A stretch of 64,000 bases of DNA from a virus. Shown here piece after piece: positions 10,536 through 19,987 of the stretch (position 1 is the first letter of the stretch; each line of letters starts with the position of its first letter). Below the pieces are notes generated by a model. That model saw only the letters and a list, made by a program, of their open reading frames with translations, had not been told where the DNA came from and did no database searches. Made by a program: the position numbers and the translations under genes. The stretch spans positions 111,895 through 175,894 of IMG/VR virus record IMGVR_UViG_3300042691_047309; one strand, given 5' to 3'.

Positions 10536-10808
10536 ATGGAAAAAATGGAACTTTATGATTACTACAATCTTGATGAATGTGTTGATAGAAAAAAAGTAAT
10601 TACTACATTAAAGAAGTTTAAAAAAGACGGAAAGATCGATTATTCTTTAGATGGTGAGGAACTTCATATTGAAGATATAGATTTAGATGATACTGAAATC
10701 GAGTATTTGTCTGAACTACTTGACGAAAATGATGTTTTTCCAAATCCTGATAAGGAAGAAGGTGATGATGATTATTCAGACTTTGATGACTACGATGATG
10801 ATTATTAA
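10536..10808 (+). CDS. small acidic hypothetical protein
   Basis: 90 aa, D/E-rich tail. Confidence 0.55.
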   Translation: MEKMELYDYYNLDECVDRKKVITTLKKFKKDGKIDYSLDGEELHIEDIDLDDTEIEYLSELLDENDVFPNPDKEEGDDDYSDFDDYDDDY

Positions 10809-10810
10809 TA

Positions 10811-10841
10811 AAAAAGAGTTAGATTTTTCTAACTCTTTTTT
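10811..10841. terminator. bidirectional intrinsic terminator
   Basis: aaaaagagttag-attttt-ctaactcttttt between convergent genes. Confidence 0.75.
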
Positions 10842-11674
10842 GTTTTCTTTCTTTTACGGTTCCAAAAATAAAGAAATATTGGAATAATTATAGTAGTCAT
10901 TAACCATTGCCAGTATTTCTCAAAAAAACCTTCAACTACAATCGGAAGATTTGATTTGATTTTAATATTTTTATTGAATACAATAATGTCTTTATTTAAA
11001 TCTTTCAACTTAATAACTAACTTTAAAGGAGTTTCACCACTTTTTTTAGGTGTCACAATCCATTCCCATTCTGTGTAACTTTCATTATCTATGTTTTGAA
11101 CAGGAGTTGAAAGTGCAACAATGTTGAAAGCTTCTGAGTCACCTCTTAAATCAGCCGACATCTCACCAGAAACTTTGATATCATCAATTGTTGCGACGCT
11201 CTCATATTGAGGATTGTTTATAAAATCATCATTTCCTAATATCAAAACTGATTTATTTTGACCATTTGTCTTTTTAGATATTCTTACTTTTATTGAGTAG
11301 TTTTTAGATACCTTCATGCTTTCAGGTACTGAATAAGCTATCCATCCTTTTGCAGTATCAACTATATTTTCAGAGATATTTTGAATTGACCTATCCACCA
11401 CTTTTAAATTTGTATTTTTTTCGTGTTTTTCAACTAGTCTTATTTGATGAATCACATCAATTTTATTGATGTCGTCTTTTTTTATTACTTTCATTTCTTC
11501 AACTAATTCTTGTCTAATTAAAGTGTCTTTTATCGGCTCAACATTTAATTCATCTTTAATAACCGAGACAGTATCTAGTTTTAAAGACTCTAAATTCGTA
11601 TCTGATTGGGTTACTTTTTGTGTTGCACATGAGACTAACCAAAATGCACTAATAAAAATAAAAATAAATCTCAT
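10829..11674 (-). CDS. lipoprotein with C-terminal TM helix (u-spanin-like topology)
   Basis: signal peptide with lipobox LVSC; C-terminal WQWLMTTIIIPIFLYFW plus basic tail; AAATATATA at 11679-11687 (-). Confidence 0.6.
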   Translation of the reverse strand: MRFIFIFISAFWLVSCATQKVTQSDTNLESLKLDTVSVIKDELNVEPIKDTLIRQELVEEMKVIKKDDINKIDVIHQIRLVEKHEKNTNLKVVDRSIQNISENIVDTAKGWIAYSVPESMKVSKNYSIKVRISKKTNGQNKSVLILGNDDFINNPQYESVATIDDIKVSGEMSADLRGDSEAFNIVALSTPVQNIDNESYTEWEWIVTPKKSGETPLKLVIKLKDLNKDIIVFNKNIKIKSNLPIVVEGFFEKYWQWLMTTIIIPIFLYFWNRKRKKTKKS

Positions 11675-11718
11675 ATGTTATATATTTAATATGAAAACTA
11701 AAATTAATATATAGTTTT

Positions 11719-12972
11719 ATGGATATTATTAAATTTTCTCAGTTTCTAAATGAAAATGTTATGATAACAGTTCTTGACTGTGTAATTGATGAATTCGGAA
11801 ATTTATACAATGGAACTAACAATCGATATCCGCTAATGAAAGGATATATTGAAAAAGAGAAACTTCCAAAAATTTCAGTTGGTAGAATTTTAGGTGATGA
11901 TAAAAGGACTTATTTAGCTGGTATAGACAAAAACGGTGTTTTAGTAGCAGCTGAAAAAAACAAATCATTAGATGGATATCTAATAGATAATATCGGAAAT
12001 AGAGTAAAAGTTCCGGCTTGGTTAAAAGGTACAAAATCAAGATATTGGAAGTTCTTTGACTTAACAAAGGATGCAAACGGAAATGATGTTCAAAGTTTTA
12101 ATTATGATTACACAAGACTTGTTCCAACTGTTGCAACTGGTTGGGTAAATACTAAAGTTGATATGGAAGTCATCAAAAAAGTTCGTAGATATTCAAGAGG
12201 TTTAGGTCAAGGTTCCGGTAGAGAAGGATTCGTTAGTAAATTGTCTGACTTGCAAAGAATATCTTCTGAAGGACTCCAAAAAAGAAAAAGATCAAGAAAT
12301 ACAATACAGAAAGAAATGTCTGTAATTATGTTACTTCACTACATTAATGAAATTAAAAACTTTTTTACTCCGTCAGCATCTGGATTCCTTTTTGAATCAT
12401 TCTTAGGTGGTTTAATTAAAAACTCAAAAGTGGTTGAAGATAATTCCAAAGCAGATGTAAGAGCTGACGGTGAAACTTGGCAAATAAAACTTTACGATGC
12501 TGTTTCATCCTCTTCGATATCAGTAGCCTATATGGACGAAAGGTCAGTGCCAAAAATTCCGGTAGATCACTTTGTAATTTGTTTGAAATATGCTGATAAG
12601 ATTGATATCGTTGTATTAAGAGGTATTGAAGACACAACAGATCCTCTTTGTTATACTAACTTCATAACCGGTGGTGGTAATTTTTCTGTAGCTAAAATCA
12701 AAAACACACCATTCAAATATACAATAGAGCTTTTAGGTATTGAAGAAAAAATTAAATCTATTGCATCTGGACTTAAAGAATCAATAGATGATATTTATTC
12801 TGATTTAAGCACTTTTCAATATAATATAGAATCAATAATCACTGGAGTAGATGAGAAAGGAAAATTGTTAAACGAGTCTAAGTTTGACCAGACTTACAAT
12901 GAATCAGTTAATATTGCACAAGGACTTGATGTCAAAATAACATCTCTTTACAAGACTATTAAACAAGAATAA
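11719..12972 (+). CDS. putative virion protein with possible PD-(D/E)xK-like nuclease segment
   Basis: MDIIKFSQFLNE tag; GFLFESFL...KADVRADGETWQIKLY; TAATATATA at 11705-11713. Confidence 0.5.
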   Translation: MDIIKFSQFLNENVMITVLDCVIDEFGNLYNGTNNRYPLMKGYIEKEKLPKISVGRILGDDKRTYLAGIDKNGVLVAAEKNKSLDGYLIDNIGNRVKVPAWLKGTKSRYWKFFDLTKDANGNDVQSFNYDYTRLVPTVATGWVNTKVDMEVIKKVRRYSRGLGQGSGREGFVSKLSDLQRISSEGLQKRKRSRNTIQKEMSVIMLLHYINEIKNFFTPSASGFLFESFLGGLIKNSKVVEDNSKADVRADGETWQIKLYDAVSSSSISVAYMDERSVPKIPVDHFVICLKYADKIDIVVLRGIEDTTDPLCYTNFITGGGNFSVAKIKNTPFKYTIELLGIEEKIKSIASGLKESIDDIYSDLSTFQYNIESIITGVDEKGKLLNESKFDQTYNESVNIAQGLDVKITSLYKTIKQE

Positions 12973-13003
12973 TTTGACTTTTATAAACATTGTATTATAT
13001 TTG
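12973..13003 (+). promoter_or_regulatory. Bacteroidota sigma70-type promoter
   Basis: TTTG (12973-12976), 19 nt, TATATTTG (12996-13003). Confidence 0.7.
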
Positions 13004-13017
13004 TAATAAAATATATT

Positions 13018-13665
13018 ATGATAGATATAAAAGAAGTAGTTGATTACCTAAACACATTTAATAATTATCAACTTTCAAACTCAAGTGATGATGGAAGAGT
13101 TAATTCACTCACTTCTGAAGATTTACTTGTCTCAACTATTGAAAAAAATCTAAGTCACTACTCTAACATAAAAGTAGAACCTAAAACCAGCAACCGACAG
13201 GAGCATGATTTTGTTTTATCACTAATTGATAACTCTGGTGAATCAATTTTCACCGAAGGGCATGATATAAAGATTGTTGAACCTTCTAACTTCACAAATA
13301 CTGTTAGCTTTGTGAAACTATCTAAAATGTTAAATTTAGATGGGATGTCCTATGAGACAGTTATCAAATCTTATGAAAAGAAATCTAAAGCATGTGATAT
13401 TAAATTAACACAAGATTATTCAATTTTGTTTTTTAACAAATCAACGATGAAGTTTTTTCATTGCTATCTTTCTGAAATGCCTAATAATGATGTCACTACA
13501 AATCCATCGAATTGTATTCAAACAAAACTTCCAACTGAACTAGTTACAAGAACTGAAGAAGAAAAGTTCAACTTCATACATTCATTGTGGAAAGGATATA
13601 TTTATAAAAGAGTTGTAGCACCTGCTAAATTATGTGAGTCGATTGACTTTTCAGATATGTTTTAA
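13018..13665 (+). CDS. putative type II restriction endonuclease
   Basis: DGRVNS..SE, HDF, HDIK (PD-(D/E)xK-like); convergent and overlapping with an N6-MTase. Confidence 0.55.
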   Translation: MIDIKEVVDYLNTFNNYQLSNSSDDGRVNSLTSEDLLVSTIEKNLSHYSNIKVEPKTSNRQEHDFVLSLIDNSGESIFTEGHDIKIVEPSNFTNTVSFVKLSKMLNLDGMSYETVIKSYEKKSKACDIKLTQDYSILFFNKSTMKFFHCYLSEMPNNDVTTNPSNCIQTKLPTELVTRTEEEKFNFIHSLWKGYIYKRVVAPAKLCESIDFSDMF

Positions 13666-14804
13666 ACATCTATTGTTATATTTGATAAAGTTTTCTGAGA
13701 AAAAACAAATCTTCCACCAACTTTAAATCCTAAACTTTTCCAGTCAGTCAAATTAAGTTTTGATAAGTAGAAGTCTATGTTATTTTCAACCTCGTCTGAC
13801 TTTGGAATAAGAGCTAATACTGAACCATCGTAGTTCTTACATTCGTGTGTAAAGAATGGATTTTGATTTCTGGTTTTAGCATTAACATAGATTCTTCTTC
13901 TATCTGATTTATAGAAATCACGACCCCACATCCACCAATTAGTTTCGTTGAATTTTTTGATTTTACGTTTAATTATTACATCTTTCTTAGATGTGATATA
14001 ATCATTGATGATATTATAGTGAAAGGTTTTAAGTTGTCCAGTCTGTGCTGTATAAGAACAAACGAATTGCTCATTACCGGTTTCTTCTGCAAAAACTTCA
14101 TCCATTCCTGACACACCTCCGACTTTAACATCAAACAAGTCACCTAATCTTGTACCTGACGGAGCATCATCTAAAAATAGAATTTGACCGTTAAGTAATG
14201 TAAAGGTTTTGACACCTGAATTTGTAATTGTTTTTCTGGAAAAGTCACCTTTTTGAAATCTAAATATTACCACAGATGGAGAGTATCCTTTAAAGACGAC
14301 AGAATCACCAAATTCGTACCAATCAGTGATTGTTCCCATATCATAAATGAATTGGTTCAGACCAATAGATGAAGTAGATTTTATAAACTCTCTTGGTGTA
14401 ATAAAAATAATCTCACCGTTATCGGTTAGGTGATTGATACTTTTTTCAATAAAGTATAGGTAAAGATTTGACTTTGCGTGCGTCACGCACTTACTGTTAA
14501 TCTTTGAAAGTGTTTGTTTAAGTATTTTTTTACCTTTCACATACGGAGGATTTCCAACAATTGTGTCAAACTTTTCATCAATTGAATAATCAAAAAAATC
14601 CATGCAAATTGCATTTTCAGGACAATGATTTTGGTCGAATTCAATTCCAACTATATTCTCATTACTTAAATTATTCAGGAATATTCCATCGCCACAAGAA
14701 GGTTCAAGTATTCTTGAGCCGTTTTTTATCATTTTACACATTCTTTCAACTATATCTTCTGGTGTAAAAACTTGACCTAAATCTTCAACATTGTATTCTG
14801 ACAT
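13662..14804 (-). CDS. N6-adenine DNA methyltransferase, gamma class (HindII/Eco57I-like)
   Basis: GQVFTP, ILEPSCGDG, GNPPY, NLYLYFIEK; likely start at 14804 (MSEY) rather than 14879. Confidence 0.88.
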   Translation of the reverse strand: MSEYNVEDLGQVFTPEDIVERMCKMIKNGSRILEPSCGDGIFLNNLSNENIVGIEFDQNHCPENAICMDFFDYSIDEKFDTIVGNPPYVKGKKILKQTLSKINSKCVTHAKSNLYLYFIEKSINHLTDNGEIIFITPREFIKSTSSIGLNQFIYDMGTITDWYEFGDSVVFKGYSPSVVIFRFQKGDFSRKTITNSGVKTFTLLNGQILFLDDAPSGTRLGDLFDVKVGGVSGMDEVFAEETGNEQFVCSYTAQTGQLKTFHYNIINDYITSKKDVIIKRKIKKFNETNWWMWGRDFYKSDRRRIYVNAKTRNQNPFFTHECKNYDGSVLALIPKSDEVENNIDFYLSKLNLTDWKSLGFKVGGRFVFSQKTLSNITIDV

Positions 14805-14880
14805 AGTTATTATATTAAAAACTATTGATAAAGTTAAGATAATTTTGATAATTGAATTATTTATTATTATATTTGTCATT

Positions 14881-15471
14881 ATGAAAATTTATTTAGTAAG
14901 ACTAAAAAATACTAATGTTAGATGGTTTGATAATGATTCAGACCTTACTAACTTTTTTATTAATGCACCTGAAAGACTTGATAGTTATCAAGTCACTATA
15001 CTTAATGCTGAAGTTGATACAAAAATAACCGGTGATAAATTATTTGATGCTATTCAAGAACAGTCTAATCTTGATAGAAAATTAAATGTTGTTTTAGGTA
15101 ATGAATATGTTGATAAAGTCGAGAAATTAATTCAATTATATGAGCAGTTTTGCAAAAGGACTCCTTGGGATAAAACCAAAATGACTACAAATGCTCAAAA
15201 AGTTTATGAAAAATTGACTACCACCACACCGGAAGAAAAACAATTTTATAAACTTATGAGTAGTAGTTGTCAAAGATATTTACTTTACTCTGTTTCTGAC
15301 TCAGTTGAGTGGTACGAAGCTATGTTGGATGTTTATCCAAAAATTAAAGGTCTTGCTGAAACTTGTGAAATTGAGTATGTTGATCCTGTTACTCGTGGAA
15401 CTTCTTGGAGAGGTGGTAGAACTCCTGTAAAAATGGTTAAAAACTTCGAAAAAGCAAAAAAAATAAAATAA
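14881..15471 (+). CDS. hypothetical protein (paralog of the next gene)
   Basis: start moved to 14881 after TTTG-N20-TATATTTG (14844-14875); shares YL..DSVEW and RxxKLN motifs with 15471..16058. Confidence 0.6.
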   Translation: MKIYLVRLKNTNVRWFDNDSDLTNFFINAPERLDSYQVTILNAEVDTKITGDKLFDAIQEQSNLDRKLNVVLGNEYVDKVEKLIQLYEQFCKRTPWDKTKMTTNAQKVYEKLTTTTPEEKQFYKLMSSSCQRYLLYSVSDSVEWYEAMLDVYPKIKGLAETCEIEYVDPVTRGTSWRGGRTPVKMVKNFEKAKKIK

Positions 15472-16058
15472 TGAAAAAGTTTATAGTTTATAGTGATGTT
15501 GTTAAAATATTTAATGAAGAAAAAGACTTAGTTAAATATTTAGCCACTCAAAAGTCAAAAAGAACTTGGTCTGGTGGTAAAATCGTTTCTAAATTAGACC
15601 TTATTGAAATTGAAACTTGTGAGATTGAAGTTCTGGAAGAATCTATTGCTTCAAAATATTTAGAGTCTTATGTAGAAAAACAAAAAAGAGAAACAAAATT
15701 GAACAGTATTTTTGGAGATACTCTTTCTCAGAATTTTGAAAAGTTTAAAACTATGTTTTTAGAGTTAGCAAAAGATGATATGAACAAAAGGAAATTTCTA
15801 ACTCAACTAGAAATAACACCAGTTGAAAAGAAATCTATCTCAAAACTTATTTCAGGTTGGGTCTCTTATCTTTTCTTATTAAATGATAGTGTTGAGTGGT
15901 TTAAAATATTGATTGCCTTACACAACTTTAGAAAAATAAATGACTCCTATGTCACAGAAGTATTTTATTCCAACGGTTCAAGTAGATATCAAAATATCAA
16001 AATAAGTGAATCGACTAAAGAGAATTTCTATAAAGCAAAATCACTAAATAATTTTTAG
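15471..16058 (+). CDS. hypothetical protein (paralog of the previous gene)
   Basis: RETKLNSIFG; YLFLLNDSVEWF; similar C-terminus NFYKAK vs NFEKAK. Confidence 0.6.
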   Translation: MKKFIVYSDVVKIFNEEKDLVKYLATQKSKRTWSGGKIVSKLDLIEIETCEIEVLEESIASKYLESYVEKQKRETKLNSIFGDTLSQNFEKFKTMFLELAKDDMNKRKFLTQLEITPVEKKSISKLISGWVSYLFLLNDSVEWFKILIALHNFRKINDSYVTEVFYSNGSSRYQNIKISESTKENFYKAKSLNNF

Positions 16059-16116
16059 AAAATAATTTGTATTGTTAATTTTTTTTACTACTTTTGTATA
16101 AATAAAATGTATCACT

Positions 16117-16626
16117 ATGAATATGTCTAAAATCTTTTGTGTTGATTTAACTAAATACAATCAAGATCAACTTACTAAAATTTCTGATATCATCGGAATA
16201 AATTCAGGTTCTCTTGTAGAAGCAAAAGTTAATGGAACTAAACGAGTTTATTTTGATCACGAGAATAGATTATTCATCGGAGAACTTGTAAAAGATGCTA
16301 CTAAGTATATTAGAAGCTACAAAAATCTTGTTCTTACTGAAAATTTTGCACACCTTTCTAAAAGAGAAAAAGACCAATTAATTAATATGGATCCTTATAA
16401 ATTCAACACAAAAAATGTTGATAAAAACGATTTATTTAATTCTGTTGTTGAGACTGAAATTATTGAAATTAAAGGTGATGTTACTAAAAATGAAATTGTT
16501 AATGTTGTTAGAGTTTCAAATGTTGTTTTGGAAATTGACGCTATATTAGATAAAATTGCAGACTTTGGAATTAAATCATTGACCAAAGAAGAAAAAGATT
16601 TCTTGGATAAGGAATCAATGAAATAA
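16117..16626 (+). CDS. DUF6576-like C-terminal domain protein
   Basis: IDAILDKIADFGIKSLTKEEKDFL resembles the tail of Bacteroidota rhomboid proteins; TTTG-N19-TACTTTTG at 16066-16096. Confidence 0.65.
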   Translation: MNMSKIFCVDLTKYNQDQLTKISDIIGINSGSLVEAKVNGTKRVYFDHENRLFIGELVKDATKYIRSYKNLVLTENFAHLSKREKDQLINMDPYKFNTKNVDKNDLFNSVVETEIIEIKGDVTKNEIVNVVRVSNVVLEIDAILDKIADFGIKSLTKEEKDFLDKESMK

Positions 16627-16814
16627 ACTTTTTTCCGATTGAAAACCAAAATCAATATCTATAATAATCAGAACTCTAACTGATAGAATAAAATGAGGGA
16701 TAGAGAATTGGCATTTTTCTATATTTTCCTTGAAAAGTAATCATATTTACTCATGTGTGGAAGATTTTCTTTACAACAATTTGTTAGAGAAGAAAAAATA
16801 AATTCTATTATTTC

Positions 16815-17471
16815 TTAATATATTCTTTTTGACGCCTCAATACAAGCAAGTACATCCTTTTCACAATACTCTTTTATCTCTTCTAATTTCCCATTCCAAA
16901 AATAAGTATTGACATCACCACCATTGATTTTATCTTTAGGTGATTCTACTCCTAACTCATAACACATTTCATCAAATGACCAAGACCAAGCAAATTTTTG
17001 TTTCCAATCATCAGCCATATCAACAATTCTCATTTCCCAAGGTTTCTTGTTGTATGGTTTAATAATATCAGCTGGAATAATTTCATACTTGTGAAGTTTA
17101 TGTAAAACATAAGGAATATCAAAATGTAAAATACGAAATCCAGAAAGACTAAAAGATTTCTTTTCGATTTTTTTAAGTAGATTATTAAATGATTCAACAA
17201 TTTCTTTCTCATCTTCACCATATATAGAACGAATTTGTGATTGACCAGAATCATCGGTGAATCCGAATGAAATACAAACAATTCTACCATAAGTTGAAAT
17301 GATACCACCCTGTTCTTTATAAGCTTCTTCTAATGAAGAATACTTATCTTCCCAATTCATACGATGGTATTTAGATTCAAAAAGTTTTGAACCTCTTTCG
17401 TCTTCTAATTTAAATGTTTCCCAGTTCGGGAATCCACAAGCTGTTTCTATATCCCAGTGAAATAATTCCAT
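16815..17471 (-). CDS. DEDDy 3'-5' exonuclease (PolB-exo2-like)
   Basis: WDIET, FDIPY, YCEKDV. Confidence 0.85.
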   Translation of the reverse strand: MELFHWDIETACGFPNWETFKLEDERGSKLFESKYHRMNWEDKYSSLEEAYKEQGGIISTYGRIVCISFGFTDDSGQSQIRSIYGEDEKEIVESFNNLLKKIEKKSFSLSGFRILHFDIPYVLHKLHKYEIIPADIIKPYNKKPWEMRIVDMADDWKQKFAWSWSFDEMCYELGVESPKDKINGGDVNTYFWNGKLEEIKEYCEKDVLACIEASKRIY

Positions 17472-17522
17472 ATTTATTATACTACACAGTGAACTTAAGT
17501 TTTATTTTTTATATACCTTATT

Positions 17523-17636
17523 ATGATAAAAATAATAGAACTAATTAAAATTTATCCAATATCATTTTTTATGATAGTTGGTATATTCATAGCCTTAGTA
17601 TTTACAATTAAAGAAGAAATTGGAAGAAAAAAATGA
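17523..17636 (+). CDS. small membrane protein (not in ORF track)
   Basis: MIKIIELIKIYPISFFMIVGIFIALVFTIKEEIGRKK; single TM. Confidence 0.4.
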   Translation: MIKIIELIKIYPISFFMIVGIFIALVFTIKEEIGRKK

Positions 17637-17670
17637 TATGAGAAAAGATTAAGAGTTTTATAAATACTCA

Positions 17671-18183
17671 ATGGGTAGAAAATCATCAATCAATAAAATA
17701 AAAAGAGATAACTCTAAATCAAAAAATATAGAAGCATCTTTGGTAATGTATCTGTATCAAAAATCACATTCACCAATAACAACTAGATTCACCGGAATGG
17801 GTCTTCAAGAATGTGATGTGATATCAGTATCAAAGTCTGATTATATCTATGAGTATGAAATTAAAATAAGTCGTCAAGACTTTAAAAAAGATTTCATTAA
17901 AGAAAAACATAATCATATCTTAAATGAGAAATTTACTTATGTTAGAAAGGGTGAACAACTTTTCAGAGTTTGTAATTACTTTAACTATGTAGTTCCAAAA
18001 GATTTGATTTCAGTTGATGAGGTTCCAGAGTATGCTGGACTTATTTATATCAATGAGGATTTTACTTTTGAAATTGTGAAGAAACCAATATTATTACATA
18101 AGACTAAAGCAACTGCAGGATTTATCAGACAGTTAGCACATAATTTAAGTTGTAAATTAATATTTAATAAGGTTTTATCCTAG
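17671..18183 (+). CDS. PD-(D/E)xK nuclease, MmcB-like
   Basis: ECDVI...YEYEIKISRQDFKKD...YVVP...EVPEYAGLI. Confidence 0.75.
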   Translation: MGRKSSINKIKRDNSKSKNIEASLVMYLYQKSHSPITTRFTGMGLQECDVISVSKSDYIYEYEIKISRQDFKKDFIKEKHNHILNEKFTYVRKGEQLFRVCNYFNYVVPKDLISVDEVPEYAGLIYINEDFTFEIVKKPILLHKTKATAGFIRQLAHNLSCKLIFNKVLS

Positions 18184-18240
18184 AACACGAGTGAACAACA
18201 CAATTATAATTTATATATACTAAAAAAATAATAAAACGTT

Positions 18241-18525
18241 ATGGATGAATACATAGGATCAATTTTACCAATGGCATTTAATTGGTCACCTAAAGGGTGG
18301 TATATTTGTCATGGTCAAGTATTATCAATTAATCAATATCAAGCACTTTTTGCACTTATTGGAACTACTTATGGTGGTGATGGTGCTACTACCTTTAAGA
18401 TACCTGATTTAAGAAAAAAGAATTCAGGTGGTAATTATTACCAACCTGGTGAGATTATGGAAGATGGAACTCCTTATATTGAGAGTTGTATCTGTGTTGA
18501 AGGTATATTTCCTTCGAGACCTTAA
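18241..18525 (+). CDS. stand-alone phage tail-collar domain protein
   Basis: IGSI...PKGWYICHGQVLSINQYQALFALIGTTYGGDG.TTF.IPDLR. Confidence 0.85.
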   Translation: MDEYIGSILPMAFNWSPKGWYICHGQVLSINQYQALFALIGTTYGGDGATTFKIPDLRKKNSGGNYYQPGEIMEDGTPYIESCICVEGIFPSRP

Positions 18526-18528
18526 ATT

Positions 18529-18558
18529 AAAACCTCATCTTTTAGATGGGGTTTTTTT
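18529..18558 (+). terminator. intrinsic terminator
   Basis: aaaacctcatct-ttt-agatggggtttt plus T run. Confidence 0.75.
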
Positions 18559-18568
18559 TATTCTAATA

Positions 18569-18691
18569 TTTGTAAATTAAAATAATTTCCGTATATTTGT
18601 ATTGTCTGATTGAGACAACGATTTAGATACAACAATCAGAAAAAAAAGATAAGGAAATATTTGGTGAAACCAGAAAAACTCCTTATCTTTG
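18569..18691 (+). promoter_or_regulatory. tandem Bacteroidota sigma70-type promoters
   Basis: TTTG(18569)-N19-TATATTTG(18592-18599) and TTTG(18660)-N20-TATCTTTG(18684-18691). Confidence 0.75.
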
Positions 18692-18731
18692 TAAAAGAAA
18701 TTAATCACTACAAATAAAAAACAAAGAAACT

Positions 18732-19352
18732 ATGGCAAATTTATTCGCAAAAGCAAAGAAAGCAGCACCCGCTAAAACTACAGCAGCAAAAGACAAAAAA
18801 GTTCGTCTAAACGTAACTGACCCTACATTCTTCTCTAAAGTTGAGAAGTTGGAGCAACTAAACGACACTCTTAAATCAGCTAAAGCTCAAGCTGACATGA
18901 TTTCTGACGAAATCAAAGACTTGGCTAAATCTGAGTGGGTTGATTACTACTCTCAAACTGGTAAAAACCCTGAGTCTGTTATGATTGTTCAGGAAGTTGC
19001 TGGAGACACTGCACAAGTTATGTTCATACCTACAGACAAATACATTACCGTTACTGAGGCTCGTGCCGAAGAACTTCGTGAGACTTACGGTGAAGAAATC
19101 GTTGAAGAAGAAACTACTTTCTCTTTTGACTCAACAATGATTGAGAAATACGGTGAAGTTCTTTCTATGTTGATTGAGAACTGTGCTGATATCACAGACG
19201 CTGACAAAGAGAAAATCATCAAAGCAACTACTAAATACTCTGTCGCTAAAGGAACCATCGACAAATTGAACCAATACGGTGATGTGACTGAAGTTATGGA
19301 AGCTGTTAAACCAGTTGTAGCACTTAAGAACGTTGAAGTTATCAAAGGGTAA
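18732..19352 (+). CDS. putative highly expressed early protein
   Basis: 206 aa; K/A-rich N-terminus; codons biased to C-ending forms (TTC, AAC, GAC, ATC); tandem promoters. Confidence 0.6.
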   Translation: MANLFAKAKKAAPAKTTAAKDKKVRLNVTDPTFFSKVEKLEQLNDTLKSAKAQADMISDEIKDLAKSEWVDYYSQTGKNPESVMIVQEVAGDTAQVMFIPTDKYITVTEARAEELRETYGEEIVEEETTFSFDSTMIEKYGEVLSMLIENCADITDADKEKIIKATTKYSVAKGTIDKLNQYGDVTEVMEAVKPVVALKNVEVIKG

Positions 19353-19382
19353 TCCTTTGATAACTTTTTTAATATAATAATT

Positions 19383-19823
19383 ATGAAAAACACTATTTTA
19401 TTTTTAATCTCCTGTTGTATTAGTTTTCTAATAATGTTTGCTTGTAATGAAACAGACCGTGGTCCGAAAGCTCCTCAATCAAAACGAATGGAGTTAGATA
19501 CCACTTCACAATACTATGACCAACAATATAAAGTTTATACACTTGAAGGATGTGAATACATTGTAGTTGGATATGGTAAGGATAGGTGGGGATCTCATAA
19601 AGGAAATTGTAAAAATCCAATACACTCTAATGTTCCTGTTTGTAAAACACCTGTAATCGATACAGTAGAAAAACATTTCGATTGTTATGTAGAAGATTGT
19701 TATTTTGATAAAGAAATGAATTCATATGCAGTAACAACTGAATGTGGAATTCAATTTTACGATAAATCTAAACATAATAAGAATGTAGTCCTAAAAGGAT
19801 TTAAATCACCTAAACATAAATAA
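19383..19823 (+). CDS. putative lipoprotein
   Basis: hydrophobic signal with lipobox MFAC; EGCEYI...SHKGNCKNPIH motif. Confidence 0.55.
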   Translation: MKNTILFLISCCISFLIMFACNETDRGPKAPQSKRMELDTTSQYYDQQYKVYTLEGCEYIVVGYGKDRWGSHKGNCKNPIHSNVPVCKTPVIDTVEKHFDCYVEDCYFDKEMNSYAVTTECGIQFYDKSKHNKNVVLKGFKSPKHK

Positions 19824-19824
19824 G

Positions 19825-19983
19825 ATGAAGAGAAGTAAGACTGATAGAATTGTAGGAGGAGTTTGTGGAGGTATTGGAAAATATTTTGATATAAACCCGT
19901 GGGCGCCAAGGCTAGTTTTTCTTTTAGCCGGTGGATTTTGGATATATGTTATCCTTTGGATAGCTTTAAAAGAAGAAAATTAA
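19825..19983 (+). CDS. pspC: PspC-domain membrane protein (not in ORF track)
   Basis: MKRSKTDRIVGGVCGGIGKYFDINPWAPRLVFLLAGGFWIYVILWIAL matches the PspC signature. Confidence 0.8.
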   Translation: MKRSKTDRIVGGVCGGIGKYFDINPWAPRLVFLLAGGFWIYVILWIALKEEN

Positions 19984-19987
19984 CATT

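Noticed and set aside
14791-14879. ORF-track starts at 14879 (-) and 14791 (+)
   Set aside because: The extensions are low-complexity translations of the divergent promoter region; starts at 14804 and 14881 fit the promoter motifs.
16630-16810. Structured ncRNA in the gap between convergent genes
   Set aside because: Only weak AT-rich pairing, no recognisable RNA family.
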